A stretch of 32,636 nucleotides of DNA from Catajapyx aquilonaris (taxonomy: Eukaryota), in NCBI GenBank assembly GCA_000934665.2, contig KZ538238.1, positions 62,001 to 94,636 of the forward strand. The letters run 5' to 3'. The notes below the pieces were generated by a model. The model was not told the origin of the DNA. It did not search any database and was given only the letters and a program-made list of their open reading frames with translations. Made by a program: the position numbers and the translations under genes. Shown here in pieces: positions 9,623 through 22,230 of this stretch (positions are counted from its first letter, which is position 1; every line of letters starts with the position of its first letter).

Positions 9623-12600
9623 AGAGTCGGTCATACAACAAAGGATTTTAATGGATCAGTATTATGCAGATTAAATCTTGCACTTCATTAGTGCGATCCC
9701 AATTTTTTTTTTACGCGTCTGCACCGTTAGATATGGAGGATTGTGGCTATGTTTTCGATGATGAATGATCGAACTAATAAGCCCTGCTGTAGATTCCCGA
9801 TAGGCGCCGGAGTGGAATCCGATCAGTTGCTGTTTGCATTTCGACGTGTTGAAATCGTACACGGAATTATCCTGCGCCAGGAAGAGTCGACAGGATATTA
9901 ATATGTCAAAAACACCTTTTCCCGAAAACACCCAGCTATAGTGATAAAGTGTCGTGCAGAGGTATTGGCAAAACGGGCTTTTGTTTCCAACTCAAATTTA
10001 AGCACTCCTTTGTACGAGATGCACATGAAAATGAGTTTATATCCAGTCTAATAAGCAATTACTTTCTCCCCTTTTAGAATATCTGTATTAATTCATATCA
10101 CAGTCATGATGCTATCAGAGTCAGCAAAGGACAGATATTACTGCACGATAACTCAAAGGGACTGTGCAGTTCACCGATTTCGTTGCAATTACACTGCTGA
10201 GCTATTTAAAAGACTTGCTGTACCAAATTGACTCTCTCCTTTCATATTTTGATGCACTGCAAAACCGGTGTTTCGAAATCAATAAAAGTGGGCAAATATA
10301 ATTTCGTCAAAGCAAGTAAAACCGTTTTGTAGTCTACTTAACCCTTACGAGTTTTTAATACACGCCAGATTAACTCGCCGTTTCATAACCCTTTTTTTGT
10401 GTGTGTAACGGAAACATGTCGCTGAAAAAAAAAAAAAACTGCTGCGTACGTCGTAATTATTTGTTCGGAGGTGGCTGCATCTGGCTGTAAAATATGACAG
10501 GCTCACAATAAAACCTGCAATATATTCCCCAAGGGCAAGTGTAATGAGCTTGGGTCCTTTAATGACTCGTCAAAGAGAAACTCCAAAACAGAAAATGTTT
10601 TCCATTCCCTTCCAGCTGTACAAAGAGAAAATTTTGGTGTGTATGTATGTTTCCCATAGTCTCCACTCGGAGATATGACATTTTACCTGCTACACAGAAC
10701 ACAAAAGGACATACAGAAAAAGTTTCTCCCACATTGTACACACAGTATGTGTGCCCTAACATTGCACACTCTTCTAAAACAGTGTCAATCAAGTGCGACC
10801 CCAAAATTAGCCCCAATTTTTAATGTACACACCAAAATTTGTTTTAAAAAAAAACCATGACATGCAACACGCTTATTCAATATAAAGGCTAAATTTAATC
10901 TGCATATCGATTTCACAACTTTGAAAATCCCGCTTTGAATAAATTTGCATGCCGTATTGTCGCCCGCTGAAAATGTTTCAAGCCCTGCATTACATCCATG
11001 GTAAATATTACCCTCCAGGGTCCCCCACAGAATCCCAAAATTGCGTACCATAAATCTTTTTGAGACACTCTCCTCTTAAAAAAGGGGGTATCCCACGTAA
11101 AATAATGAAATCCTATCAATAATTTTCAACCTTTTGTCACCCCCTGCCAAAAGACATAAACATTAGTCCTTACAATGTTCCAGCAAAAGGGGTCGGACCT
11201 TTTTTCCTTTTGTCCGATGAGCAAACACTCTTTTTCTCCTCTTCTCACAAGGATTCTATCATACTGTGGGACCATCCAAGACGTGCCCTCACAAAAGAAA
11301 CTGCGAATTTATGGACGATAAGGGGATTCCCAACTTTTTCATTTCGATTCCACTCCCGACTTTTTTTCCATTCCGAAATTGCAAACTTCAAAACTACCAT
11401 GAGAGCAATTAGCAATGGGCGAAATTTCCCACAGGTCAAATCTCAGAATTTTTTGTTGACACCTTGTACAATGTCTGAATGAGCCCACGTCCAGCACTTT
11501 TGTGGCCAACTTTGTAAGAACCTCCCTATGTGCTTTTTGCTATTTAAAATGCGGTAAGGGTCGCGCACAAATCTTTTTCCTGTGAGAGCACGGATCCATC
11601 GCAAGTCCATTCGTGCCAACACGTGGAAATTCCCTTGCTAACGGCGTCGGAATTCCACCGTCTTTCACCCAACCGGCTTCATTCCAACTGACATTCCGCA
11701 ATATATTTCATCCAGGAGCTACCTTACGGCAACGGGCCATGGGAGGGTAATCACGTTGGGGCTACATTATTGTGGACTTCCAAAACAGACCTAGTTACGG
11801 TGAAGGGTGCAAGTGGAATGGGTGGGCTTCCAAGCCCCCATCCTAATTTTAATGGGAGCCTCATGTAAAACAAGGTAAAAGCAAGACGTGTTCACACGGT
11901 TCGAAGCTAAAGGGCGGTATGTCACAAGGCGTAAACACATTTGTCCGATGGACCGCGAGAGGGGGACTGCTGGAAAAAAAAGGACGTGGGTTGAGTATAA
12001 AGCAGCCTCAGACTAGCCTGTGTGAGTTTTACCACATGGCGGCAGATCCAGAGATAAGCCTGAATTTATGGAAAAGTTCAGCATGTGAAGTAAAGCACGC
12101 TGCGGATAATCATGATGTTCAACTATAAAATGGGTGTGACGCTTATTTATCTACGAGTCTACGAAGACGTTCAATAACACTGAGAAGCTTATTGCCAAAA
12201 TATATGCGAAACAACAATTTTGATCAGGTGAGATGGACAGGACGGAGCATCAACATAATAATGGACTAAACATTATGTGCCATGTCCTGACAGTTCATAC
12301 ACAGTAAGTAAGAGGTTTAATACCGGATGGGGAGGGAAGCACACTAAAAGCGAGTGATGTGGGCTGTAATATGACAACAGCAACCATCGGTTATTGTCAA
12401 AACTGCCAAACCCAAACAAAGCAGATCCCAAGCCACGAGGTCAATTATGCAATAAAATCAAAGGACGATTGAAACACCGACCACAAAAAAAACCTACGCA
12501 TCCAAATATTGTTCACCGAAAAAAATAAAAAATCAGTCCATAGGACATCTTACAACTGACCGAAACCCAAAAAAGTGAACAAGAAAGGCGCTTGGGTTAT

Positions 12601-15600
12601 CGACCCTTCAAGAGAAGGAACTGTCTGTGAGAGAGCCAGTTCTATACACTTGAAGGAAAACTTTTTTTTCTTCTTCTTCTAAACCTACGATATCCAATGA
12701 ACCGAGCAAACATTTCAAACAGAGAAATTTTAGTCCCGGAAAAGTTTCAGGATAAAGTGTGCACACCTATAGGAAAATACCTCAATTAGCCTTTCTTTAT
12801 GGTGCTGGTGGTGGAGAATTTACAGATCTTTACTAATGGGACGAATTGGTGGGCGTCGTGGCCATGTCAAAGCCACAAGATGTACAGTAATTTTTGCTGT
12901 TACATAACCCACAATAAGTCCTCACTTAAAAAGTACAAAGGCTCGTTTAAGAATATTAGCGCCAATATAATTTTTTACAAAAAAAAAGTTTGAGAAAGTG
13001 TCAATTTTCACCCCCCGCAGTTCATTTAATCTCCAGCTCTCTTCTCGTGGTCTGCCCCAATCACTCTATTTGATCGCCCTTCCAGCACTTCTTGCAAGCA
13101 CTGGCAATAGACGACCTCCTTGTCGCCCCTTGACCCCATCCAATTATTCATCTTCTCCCCAACCCACCCTTTGGAAATCGACCTAAACCTGACCTAATCC
13201 TTGGTGCACACACACGTTGAAATCCTGGAAATGCCCCTCCATCCGTCACTGTCACCAAAGCCCCGATACCACCACCAAGCTTTGTGACTGGAGGAAAACT
13301 GTCGCTCCTGGCCCTGACCACCCTCTTTTTTATGTGTGTGATGTGTCTTCAAGGAGAGTGGGACACACCCCGTTAATTCATCACTCCTTTTCCCGACCGC
13401 CCCAAAAGTGAGCAGCCCTTTAAGTAAAGAAAAACCGCTGCCAAGTTAAAACGTTGACCGGCTAATTACACCCGGAGCTAATATTTAAACGCGCACTTGT
13501 GGAGTTGTCAGCAAAATTAAATGGGGAAGTGTAGCTTTTTAGCCCGCTTAATTTCACCCACGACTTAAAGCCCCAGCCCCTTATATGATCGTTCATTAAC
13601 GCCCTAGACCAGGGTGCTAATTACCCACCTTTTGTTGCCTGGAGAGACCGGATATAGTTTAAGGCACCTGGGCAATAGTCACCTCTCTCCAAGTTCTACC
13701 CCCTTTCCATTGATATAGCAGCTGTCGGTCGGGTATTAAAATTACCGTGAGTAATTATCCCTGTTGAATATATCTCGCCGAGGGAATTAAAGCGGGGAGA
13801 AAAGTTTGACGGGGAAAAGTTGATAGAGTGGCGAGAGGCTATTATAGTGAAAAGAATATTTTAAGCGCCGAGCTGGCAAGGTATCCCCCCGCGATCATAA
13901 TATCCCATTTAAGTCGCTCAATCAGCCTTCGGGAACTTATGTGGTGCGGGGGAGGGAAAACGGGGGTGGAGAGATGAGAGAGTTATTAAAATGGAAATTA
14001 GGAAATTCTGACATAAACCCTTCCCCTCTATTAGATAGAAAGCTGGGAATAGTTTAGATGGGAAACTTGTACCACACATTTACATCAAACTATTGCTGAT
14101 ACTGTTTTGCAGGAATTGCATCCGAAAGTTCATGGTTCATTAGCATAGGGTAATGAGGCTCTGAATATAAACACTATTAAGGAATCTGAATTGTAATCAA
14201 TTCCCATGAGTCATCAAAATTGGCGTTTTTTAAAAATATCAAAAACCGAAGCCTCCTGCAGTACAGTATACGCCAAAATTTAGGCAATAAACCCGCACGA
14301 TTCGTCGCGGTGAATCCAAGAGCCGAATTCCAAATCAGATTCCACAACAAATATCCTGTCATACGTCTCCCCAAACGAAAATAGAGGAAAAGGCAAGCGA
14401 TGGTGAAGAAAATACACACACACGCACACAAAAAAAGAAAAGACACGACACAACCTCTCATGGAGTTAGAGCACGTCACAGAAGAAGAAGGAAAAAAAAA
14501 GTACAGATCGATGTCGAACTGTACGATCCTTCAGCTAGTTTTCTTTCGCATTTGCCTCCCGGAAGCGAATTTGCGATATTTCCTGAGGTCACTTTAGAAG
14601 CGTTATCACGTTTTCCACTTCGGAACACAAACCACAAATCCAGAGTCATCCTCATAACGTTTGCCCCCCGGATTTTTTTTGTTTATGGCATTGGTATATG
14701 CGGGGGTTTGGACAAAAAAAAAATGGATATGTGCAAAATATGAAGAGAGAGAGCTATTCAATTTTCGGATGATCGATAAGTATACAAAAGAGACGCTCCT
14801 ATTGTCGGTAACTGATTCATGGTCTCACGTAATTTTTGCTCTCACGATCAGCACCATTGGTGCAAGGTACTCAGCATCTATAAGGCTAAGTGCTTTTTTT
14901 ATACATATTCTGGCACACACTATACACGTCAGTGTTAAAAAAAAATTATCCTATGAGAACAGAAAGTATACCTGAAAATCCCGCACACATCAGATCAAAA
15001 GGGCTAAACACTGCCTTGAAATAAATATTCCAACAGTGTTCCGTGTGACATTCAAACTGCATTATACTGTCCTCAAAATGACTCCCGACAATCACACGGT
15101 TTTGCTCTCAAATTTCATATATAACCAGCAGGTTATATACCGCAGCAGTGATTCGCATGAATAAGAAAACCGTCAGTCTTTGGCTTCATCTGGCAGGCAC
15201 AAAAACCAACCGGGGAGGGGGTTCTACAATACGTACTATTGATCACGGTAGACAGTGCATGAAGTCATGGTGGCAGGCCCCAGAGTTGAATAATTGTCAC
15301 GGGCCTCGTTTTTCGGGAGAGGCCTGCACCTCCGACATTATATGCGGCATAAATTTGCCTAGATAAGGTTTTCATTTCCACCTCCCACCAACTGCAACAC
15401 CCCCCAAAACCCTTGTCCTTTTTTTTCAGAAAAAAATAAAAATAAAAAAGAGGACCCTTCTGTTCAAGGGCTCGCTGAAACAAGATAAATGAACCTTGGA
15501 ATGAGAATTTAATTAATAATGGAAGCATAGGATCCTGCCCGTCGTCATATTTTAGTCGAGGATCCTATGCGAAGAGATTACTTGTCCATTTGCGCCACCT

Positions 15601-18600
15601 GACTGTTATTCATAGTGGTTATGCACCTGAGAATCGCAGTATGTAAATTAAAATGTCAGCAAACGGACGTGTCGGGAAAGAGTGAAAAATATGGTACGGG
15701 GGTTCATACTTGGTTAGTAAAGGATCATCTGAGACTAAGACCTGTCCATTTCAGAAATAGACACGAGACACAAAAGTGCGCGTTAGGAATTACCAAATCA
15801 ATTTTGAACTGGTTGCTATACAGACGTGTATCGACATCGTGATGCAAAAAATGGAAAAGTGACAGGCGGCTCTGAAAGAATAACGTTAAGGAATGGTAAA
15901 AAAAAAAAATTGCAACTTTTCATATTTTCTTCTCGTAAAAAGGCTCCAGTTTGTCCACGGTGTCAGCTAGAATTTTTTGAGTCGCATGATGCAATTTCAG
16001 GTGTTGTCACTTCGGCTCGACAAACTTCATATTCTCCAGAATGGGAAAACTGTGAGGACAGTTCACGAACTGCATGAATATTTCGCACTTTTTGAGTGAC
16101 TGCACCTTTTGAAGGGGGGGGGGGGGGNNNNNNNAAACCATCGGAGACGTTAATTCTAATTAGACCATTTCGTCCAAAAAAAAAGTACGCGAAAACTTTT
16201 TTTGCACGGTTCCCAAAATTAGCGACTGTATGGCTTCATTCTCGGAGCCGGTAATGGCAACATCAAATATTAAACATCCCTTTCCACACCCTTTCTGAAA
16301 AAGATATTTTTTATAAAAAAAAGTTAGCACCTGTCGATGAGCAGGCCGCATATTTGTTGCTGCATCGTCATAAAAACTTTGGCCCATCAGGTCGCCCTCC
16401 AAGCCACTTCATCATCCCAATGTGCCAAAGGCAGCCCAAATTCACAGGCACCAATACATTATTCAAGCAGGCCCATCTGCCTTACCCACTTACACGTGGA
16501 AACGCCATCCAAATCGATGTCGCTCTCTCATTAACCCTAATCATCCGGCTGTTCGACAAGTGCAGGTGCTACGACATATCTCAAAAACACATATGCAACA
16601 TAAAATATATTTTAAAACACACAAAAAAAAATCGATTTAGGAAACACTGGATCGATTTTCGATATCCATGCAAGTGCATGCAGCCATTTTTTTTTCTCCC
16701 GATGTTATTATATCGCGAATATGGAGGAATATAAGGCCTCCTCTTTGAAGATTCTGGTGTGGGCTTGGAAGTCTGGAAGCGAGCTGAGGATGAGAGAGGC
16801 GGAGGTATAACGGGAAGGAGATGGGGTTAGATCCAATAAAGACCAAGCTGCAGATTGAAGGTTTGTATCTTCGCAGGGGAGGCGGTTCTTGGCATATTAT
16901 GGAGATCGATCCTGCACAATGGCTTTGCCTACACCAGACGGAAGAAAAAAAAAAATCTACTCTTACCACCCAGCTTCATCTGGAAGATATCACAACTAGG
17001 CTGATTGCTTACAAGGTTGTGCCAGCCATTTTAAGCCTATCTGTTCCGTACTGAAAATTAGGGAATCGAATCGATATGGGCTCAACATATCGGTCATATC
17101 GATTTAAAAAAAAAAGCGATCATGAATCCAGACTATAAAGACGAACAGCCATTTTCAGAGATGCCATGCTCTTCTTTCCCAAAGTCCTGCTTATTAAATG
17201 GGCACTAATTATGCACGATATTGAGAACCCTCCGGGTGGTTGCGGTCCGTTCTGAATGTAATAAGATCCCGACGGATATGGATCAACATTTTCTGTGAAA
17301 TAAATGAAGCGGGACCCAAGATACACACTGTGAAAAGCCTTCATTCGAAACTAGCCTGAGGAACTAGAAAAAAAAAAGAGGCAACGACCGAGGACCTAAG
17401 ATAACAAGACTCGGGGTTATATAGAAGCGGAGGGGGTAGAAAAAGAATCAACGTGGTGGAGCACCACAAAGGAGAGGCGCCTCAGCTGTAAAGCAAACCC
17501 AACTGCCTCCAGTTCTCTTCTTCTATCCCAAGTTTGCTAGGGTCGCGATCAATCTGTCTCCAGGGTTGACTCCAAATAGCAAACTTTTATAGCCCCCCCC
17601 CCCCCCTTTTCCCCCCACAGGTCCAGCAACCTTCGTTATTTACAACAGTTCCCATCAAAAACGCAACCGATTTACCGACAGTCCGACCATTTAAGCCCAC
17701 ATAATGCTCAATGCGACACATGTTTCCGCCCAATAAACCAAACACGTAAAAAAAACTTATTGTCCCAACAATGCACCGCGCTTCATCAAACCCCTGTTGG
17801 CATACTGACCTCATTATAAAGGTTAAACATATAGGTGACACCATACACATCACACCCATGGGTTTACAAAAAAAAAACCAGGGCTATCCATTATGCTGGC
17901 AGGTTGCCATGAGAGTGACACAACCACAACATAAGCATCTGTGACCAAAACTACACACTCAGAGGGGCTTGATGTTGACGAAGCTGAAAACGCAACAAAG
18001 CAAAAACCTCGGGGGGGCCAAATTTGCATATCCGACATCGGCGATTCGGAAAAGAGACTCTCCGTGCTTGCACTGTCCGAGTGAGCTCAATATATGGACA
18101 GTGCAAATCCATTAGCGGACAAAACGAAGTAAATATAGGGAGCAATCCGCGGATGTAATAAACGCAAACGCCATCACCGGTTTAATAAGCTGAAATTATC
18201 AATTCCGCTCATGCGTTCGTCAGCTTTTGTCCAGTTGGCTCAATTAAGTATGTCCACACTGCTCAAATATGCAAGTACACGACTGGACATATAATATCAG
18301 TCCTTTTAAAAAAAAATCATGCACGAAAATTTCATCCTACAAGCTTAATTTTTTTTGGCCAAAATTGTAGGGTTGTGTTGCATTAATAACCTCCCGGAAA
18401 AGACGTGTTGGTATCAAGAGAGTTGGCTCCACTTGACATTGACGCAGACGCTTACCACAGCATCATTTTGCAGGGCAGTCAGTCGCTCGCGGTGACAACG
18501 CAGCTGAGCTCGCTCGGCAAAAGCGGACACACGCATATTAGACCACAGCATCACCCACACGAGGGTTAAAAAAAAAACAACCCGCGAACATTCATTAACC

Positions 18601-18673
18601 ACACAATAGCCCTATTTTTCGGGGGCCGTCTGGCATCCATTTAGTACAATTCAAACATTCCAAAAACCTTCTC

Positions 18674-18723
18674 CATCATCATCATCATCGCTTAACCACT
18701 GTTGCCATCATCATCATCAGCAT
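18674..18723. repeat. Two (CAT)n microsatellites
   Basis: (CAT)5 from 18674 and (CAT)4 CAG CAT from 18706. Confidence 0.85.
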
Positions 18724-19345
18724 CCGCGTCACTAAGTTATTACTCTCTCCCAGTGCAACTCTAAACTCTTGCAGGCCATTAGTCCACAAATGACCCCACA
18801 CGCAAACGCATCAATTCTACATCAAGGGTAAGGCATATATCCAATGCCTATGTATAGGGGTATAGGTGGCTGGGCTCGGGGGTAATTTACTTGAGACTCA
18901 ATGAAGGGTTATGGCCCTGGCAAAAAAAAAGAAGAAGAAAATGCGTTCTACTCAGCAGGGAGGGAGGGATTCCCTGTTATCTTCAGGATAAGGCAAGTGG
19001 GTTGCCAAGAAAAGGACTGGGAGTTACTCGTGCATATAGAGTTGCCATTAACCCAAGTGTCGTGAAAGGAGGCGGTTGGTATTTATGCCACACGACACAC
19101 TGCTGCAATATATTTGGCTGTAAGTGCTTGAAGCTCTGTAACATATAATGTGACTCTAAGTAACCTTCGTGGCCGCACGGTGAGAAAATCTCTAAATGAA
19201 TGGCTAAGAAGTGCGGTAACAAATCGTTTTATAAATGACAAGTTCAAGCTCTTTCTCAGTGGCTTGCACTCACTTTTAACCAGCGATAAGACTGCTGAAA
19301 CGCGGTCTGAACCAATAATTATACTTATATCAATGTTCTTACATA

Positions 19346-19541
19346 CAGGGTGGTCCAAGTTCAAGTGTCGTTTTATAACGGCGATTAATAGCAGTGATTT
19401 TGCGATGACGTAGCAGCGACGCGTAAAATGTCCCACTTCGGCGCAATCGAAGTGGGCAATTTTACACGTCGCTGCTACGTCATCGTTAAGCGCTTCTATT
19501 AATCGCCGTTATAAAACGACACTTGAACTTGGACCACCCTG
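19346..19541. mobile_element. Tc1/mariner-type MITE (196-bp fold-back element)
   Basis: Perfect 46-bp terminal inverted repeats (CAGGGTGGTCCAAG..., 19346-19391 / 19496-19541) with TA on both flanks (19344-45, 19542-43). Inner arms also pair (19 bp at 19403-19421 / 19467-19485, and CCCACTTCG/CGAAGTGGG around a 7-nt loop). Confidence 0.92.
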
Positions 19542-20729
19542 TATAATAAAGCAGAAAGTTTGTTTATTTGTATGTTGGGGCTACCTAACACACTTTCGTA
19601 CTACTGAAAGTTGGCCCACTGATGGCTCACCTACCGCTGATTGTGGAAAAAAGTCACAAAACCAAATATCCAAAATTTTAGGATATGTTTTGCAATTTTA
19701 AAAAAAATTATACCTACCAAACGGTTCACCAAACGGTGTTGAAGCGACATAATATTGTCACCCTAGGGATGAAATCGTAGCGACCTCAAAAATCGGAGCA
19801 TTAAAAATCGCAGCGTACACCTTTACGCGCTTCCAAATCCGGATGATCTCAATATCCGTTCAATAGCAGATCCCATCATAGAGGGGAAAATTGCTTTCTT
19901 TTATCAGCGGCGAAAGTCTCCAACCAAAAAAAAAAAAAAAAAAAAGGAAATAGGATTTTCGGATACAGAGACGCGAAAGGAAGGGATTAGACTGCTTGCT
20001 GCGATTATCACTCTGGTTCCTCAATCCATCAATCGGTTGGAAGGGAGGATAAAGAGCCCAAACGTGCTGCTGCGAAGGGAAGAAGGTCCCTCAGCGATTA
20101 GGTCCAAAAAGGTGCTGCTCCTCTTCCTCCACCCCCCCCCAAAAAAAGCTCCACCGGCATGCCACGTGTTTCTATCGATTCTATGGGGGGCCTCCGGACG
20201 GGAAATTACTTTCTAATTGCTTCCTATCCTATACACATTATATCGCTGTTGTTGTTTGGATTTTTCCCCCCTTTAAACTCTCACACGCGGTCTCTGTACT
20301 TTGGTTACACCTCTAGGGTTCAGCATTTTCCAATTTACATTTCAAATGTCACTGCGACTTTGAGGTTCATATATATGCAAACATACACTGTAATTCACTG
20401 ATTTCAAAGTCATCCTGCATACCCTGTAGCGCCTTGTACTTGGCAGGTGACACTGTGTTCTAATTAAAGCGTCATACCCAAATTTGCCAACAATTATTCG
20501 AATCATGTAGCAGATAATCTATATAAGTTAATATTAAAATCCTTCGTTGTATGGTTATGCCTTCCGATTGGCCCCCTCACACAACAATACCAGTAAACAG
20601 TGCCCATTTGTTGACACTGTTTACTCCCATTGTCGAGGCAATTTCCATGGAAAGCCCAAAGGGATTAACAAACACCACCGTAGGCCGCGGGCCGAGAAAA
20701 AAGCGAGCGAAGAGAGGTTTTTAAAAGTC

Positions 20730-20804
20730 TCTGATTGGTCCGTCGCATATATAGTTGCCGTTCTACGCATGCGCGTTTGAGGGTGTAGACAGCGCCTCTG
20801 GTGG
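20730..20804 (-). promoter_or_regulatory. Composite motif cassette B (inverted copy), ~1.2 kb upstream of GPCR coding exon 1
   Basis: Minus strand reads CCACCAGAGGCGCTG (20804-20790), GCGCATGCGTAGAAC (20774-20760), CCAATCAGA (20738-20730). Confidence 0.5.
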
Positions 20805-21976
20805 ATGGGAGGAGGAACTGTCCATTCGTTCGTTGTCTTCCGGAGGGTTCACTTCGCTATCTCCCTATCCTCACACCTAATAGTACTCTTTAAAAAGTTC
20901 ATCAGTATGCGTCTCACGAATTTCCAAATCAAAACCACCAGAACCTATGGGCTGTGTGGGGGGGAAAAAAACCGCATAATATTAACACCCGTCACATAGA
21001 TAATGTTTGGAGCGTCAAATTACATTACGTCCATCCAGACTAAACGTAACGTCACACACGGCCGGACGCGTACGTCACAAGTTGCATGACAATTGACTTC
21101 TCTTTTGCATACGTTCTCTGGAGAGTTGGGCTTCCGCATACATGACACGCAGACCGGATTTCGACAGGTGATCCGGAGACTTGGAATCAGCAAAAAATAT
21201 ATATATATCCGAATTCGAAGCGCCCATGCTGTCGGCTTCAATTCAAAGCTGTTACGGTACGTGCGGTTTACGTTAACGCAAGAGTTGACATGCTGTGGGT
21301 CCCTATCCAGCTGGACTCTTGAATAAAACACATCGTATAACATTTTTACTCTCTAACAAACGCCACAAAAAAAAGGGTCTGCAAAGAGATATGTTTTTAG
21401 AAGCGAAATTCAACAGCCTCAAAGTTGCTTTTGAGGTTTTCGAAATTTTGCTTGAGGCTTGCTTACTCTTCCTTTTTTGGTGGGAGTTTCCACCCCCTTA
21501 GCTCGAGTACACACACTCGTGCGGTTGCTTTTCAAAATGTCCTCATCCCGAGGCTACAGAAGCGGTGCAGAACATCCAGAGGATGTGAAACTTATACTTT
21601 TTTGGGAAGCAGTTAAGAAAACCCAGCTCGGGTCAGTTCTTGCAGCAGACACGAATAATTACATCATGTGAAGAAGTCTATCCCAATGCCAGAGGGGTTG
21701 AGAAAATTTCCCAGCAAAAGCTCTGAGTTGATTTTCTTTCCGCAATATTCTTCCTTTTTTCCATCTGCCTCCAGGCTCCAAAGTCTCCTTGCGCCATTTG
21801 GTTAGAAGCCAAGGTAATGTCATTTCCAGAAGTTTTCGAGAATATGGAAATATTTCCAGGCCAAAAATAGAGAGAGGCTGGGATGAGAGGAAAAAAAGCA
21901 CCATCTTAATCGATTCATACTTATAAAGAAGATTGCAAAAAAAAAATTGATTGTGTGTGTGTGTTTTTTTTCCCAG

Positions 21977-22000
21977 GTGCCTTTGGGGGTTCCGGCAACC
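21977..22000 (+). other. 5' UTR portion of the first coding exon (implies at least one upstream exon)
   Basis: Strong acceptor tttttttt cccag|G ending at 21976, 24 nt upstream of the ATG. The 24 nt are open in frame, so an N-terminal extension cannot be excluded. Confidence 0.7.
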
Positions 22001-22188
22001 ATGCTGGGTGCCAACCTTCGTTTCGGCATCGGTTCCATATCCAACACCACCACCAACATGACCCGGATGTTCCAGTGTCACCCTGGAGGTGCCACAGAGG
22101 CGGCCATTGTCTGCTGTCTAGGAGCACTAGGAATGGCCGCCAATATCTCGCTCATGCTACTCATACTGGCCAAAAGACCTCTCAGGAG
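22001..22188 (+). CDS. Coding exon 1 of an SREB-like orphan class A GPCR (N-terminus + TM1)
   Basis: ATG at 22001 in CAACCATG context. Encodes MLGANLRFGIGSISNTTTNMTRMFQCHPGGATEAAIVCCLGALGMAANISLMLLILAKRPLR(R), with two N-glycosylation sequons (NTT, NMT), a hydrophobic TM1 carrying N1.50 (GMAAN) and a basic ICL1. Ends at a perfect donor AG|GTAAGT (22188/22189), phase 2. Confidence 0.9.
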
Positions 22189-22230
22189 GTAAGTGTCCAT
22201 CCTCAAAAATTTTTAGCAACACTGTATACA

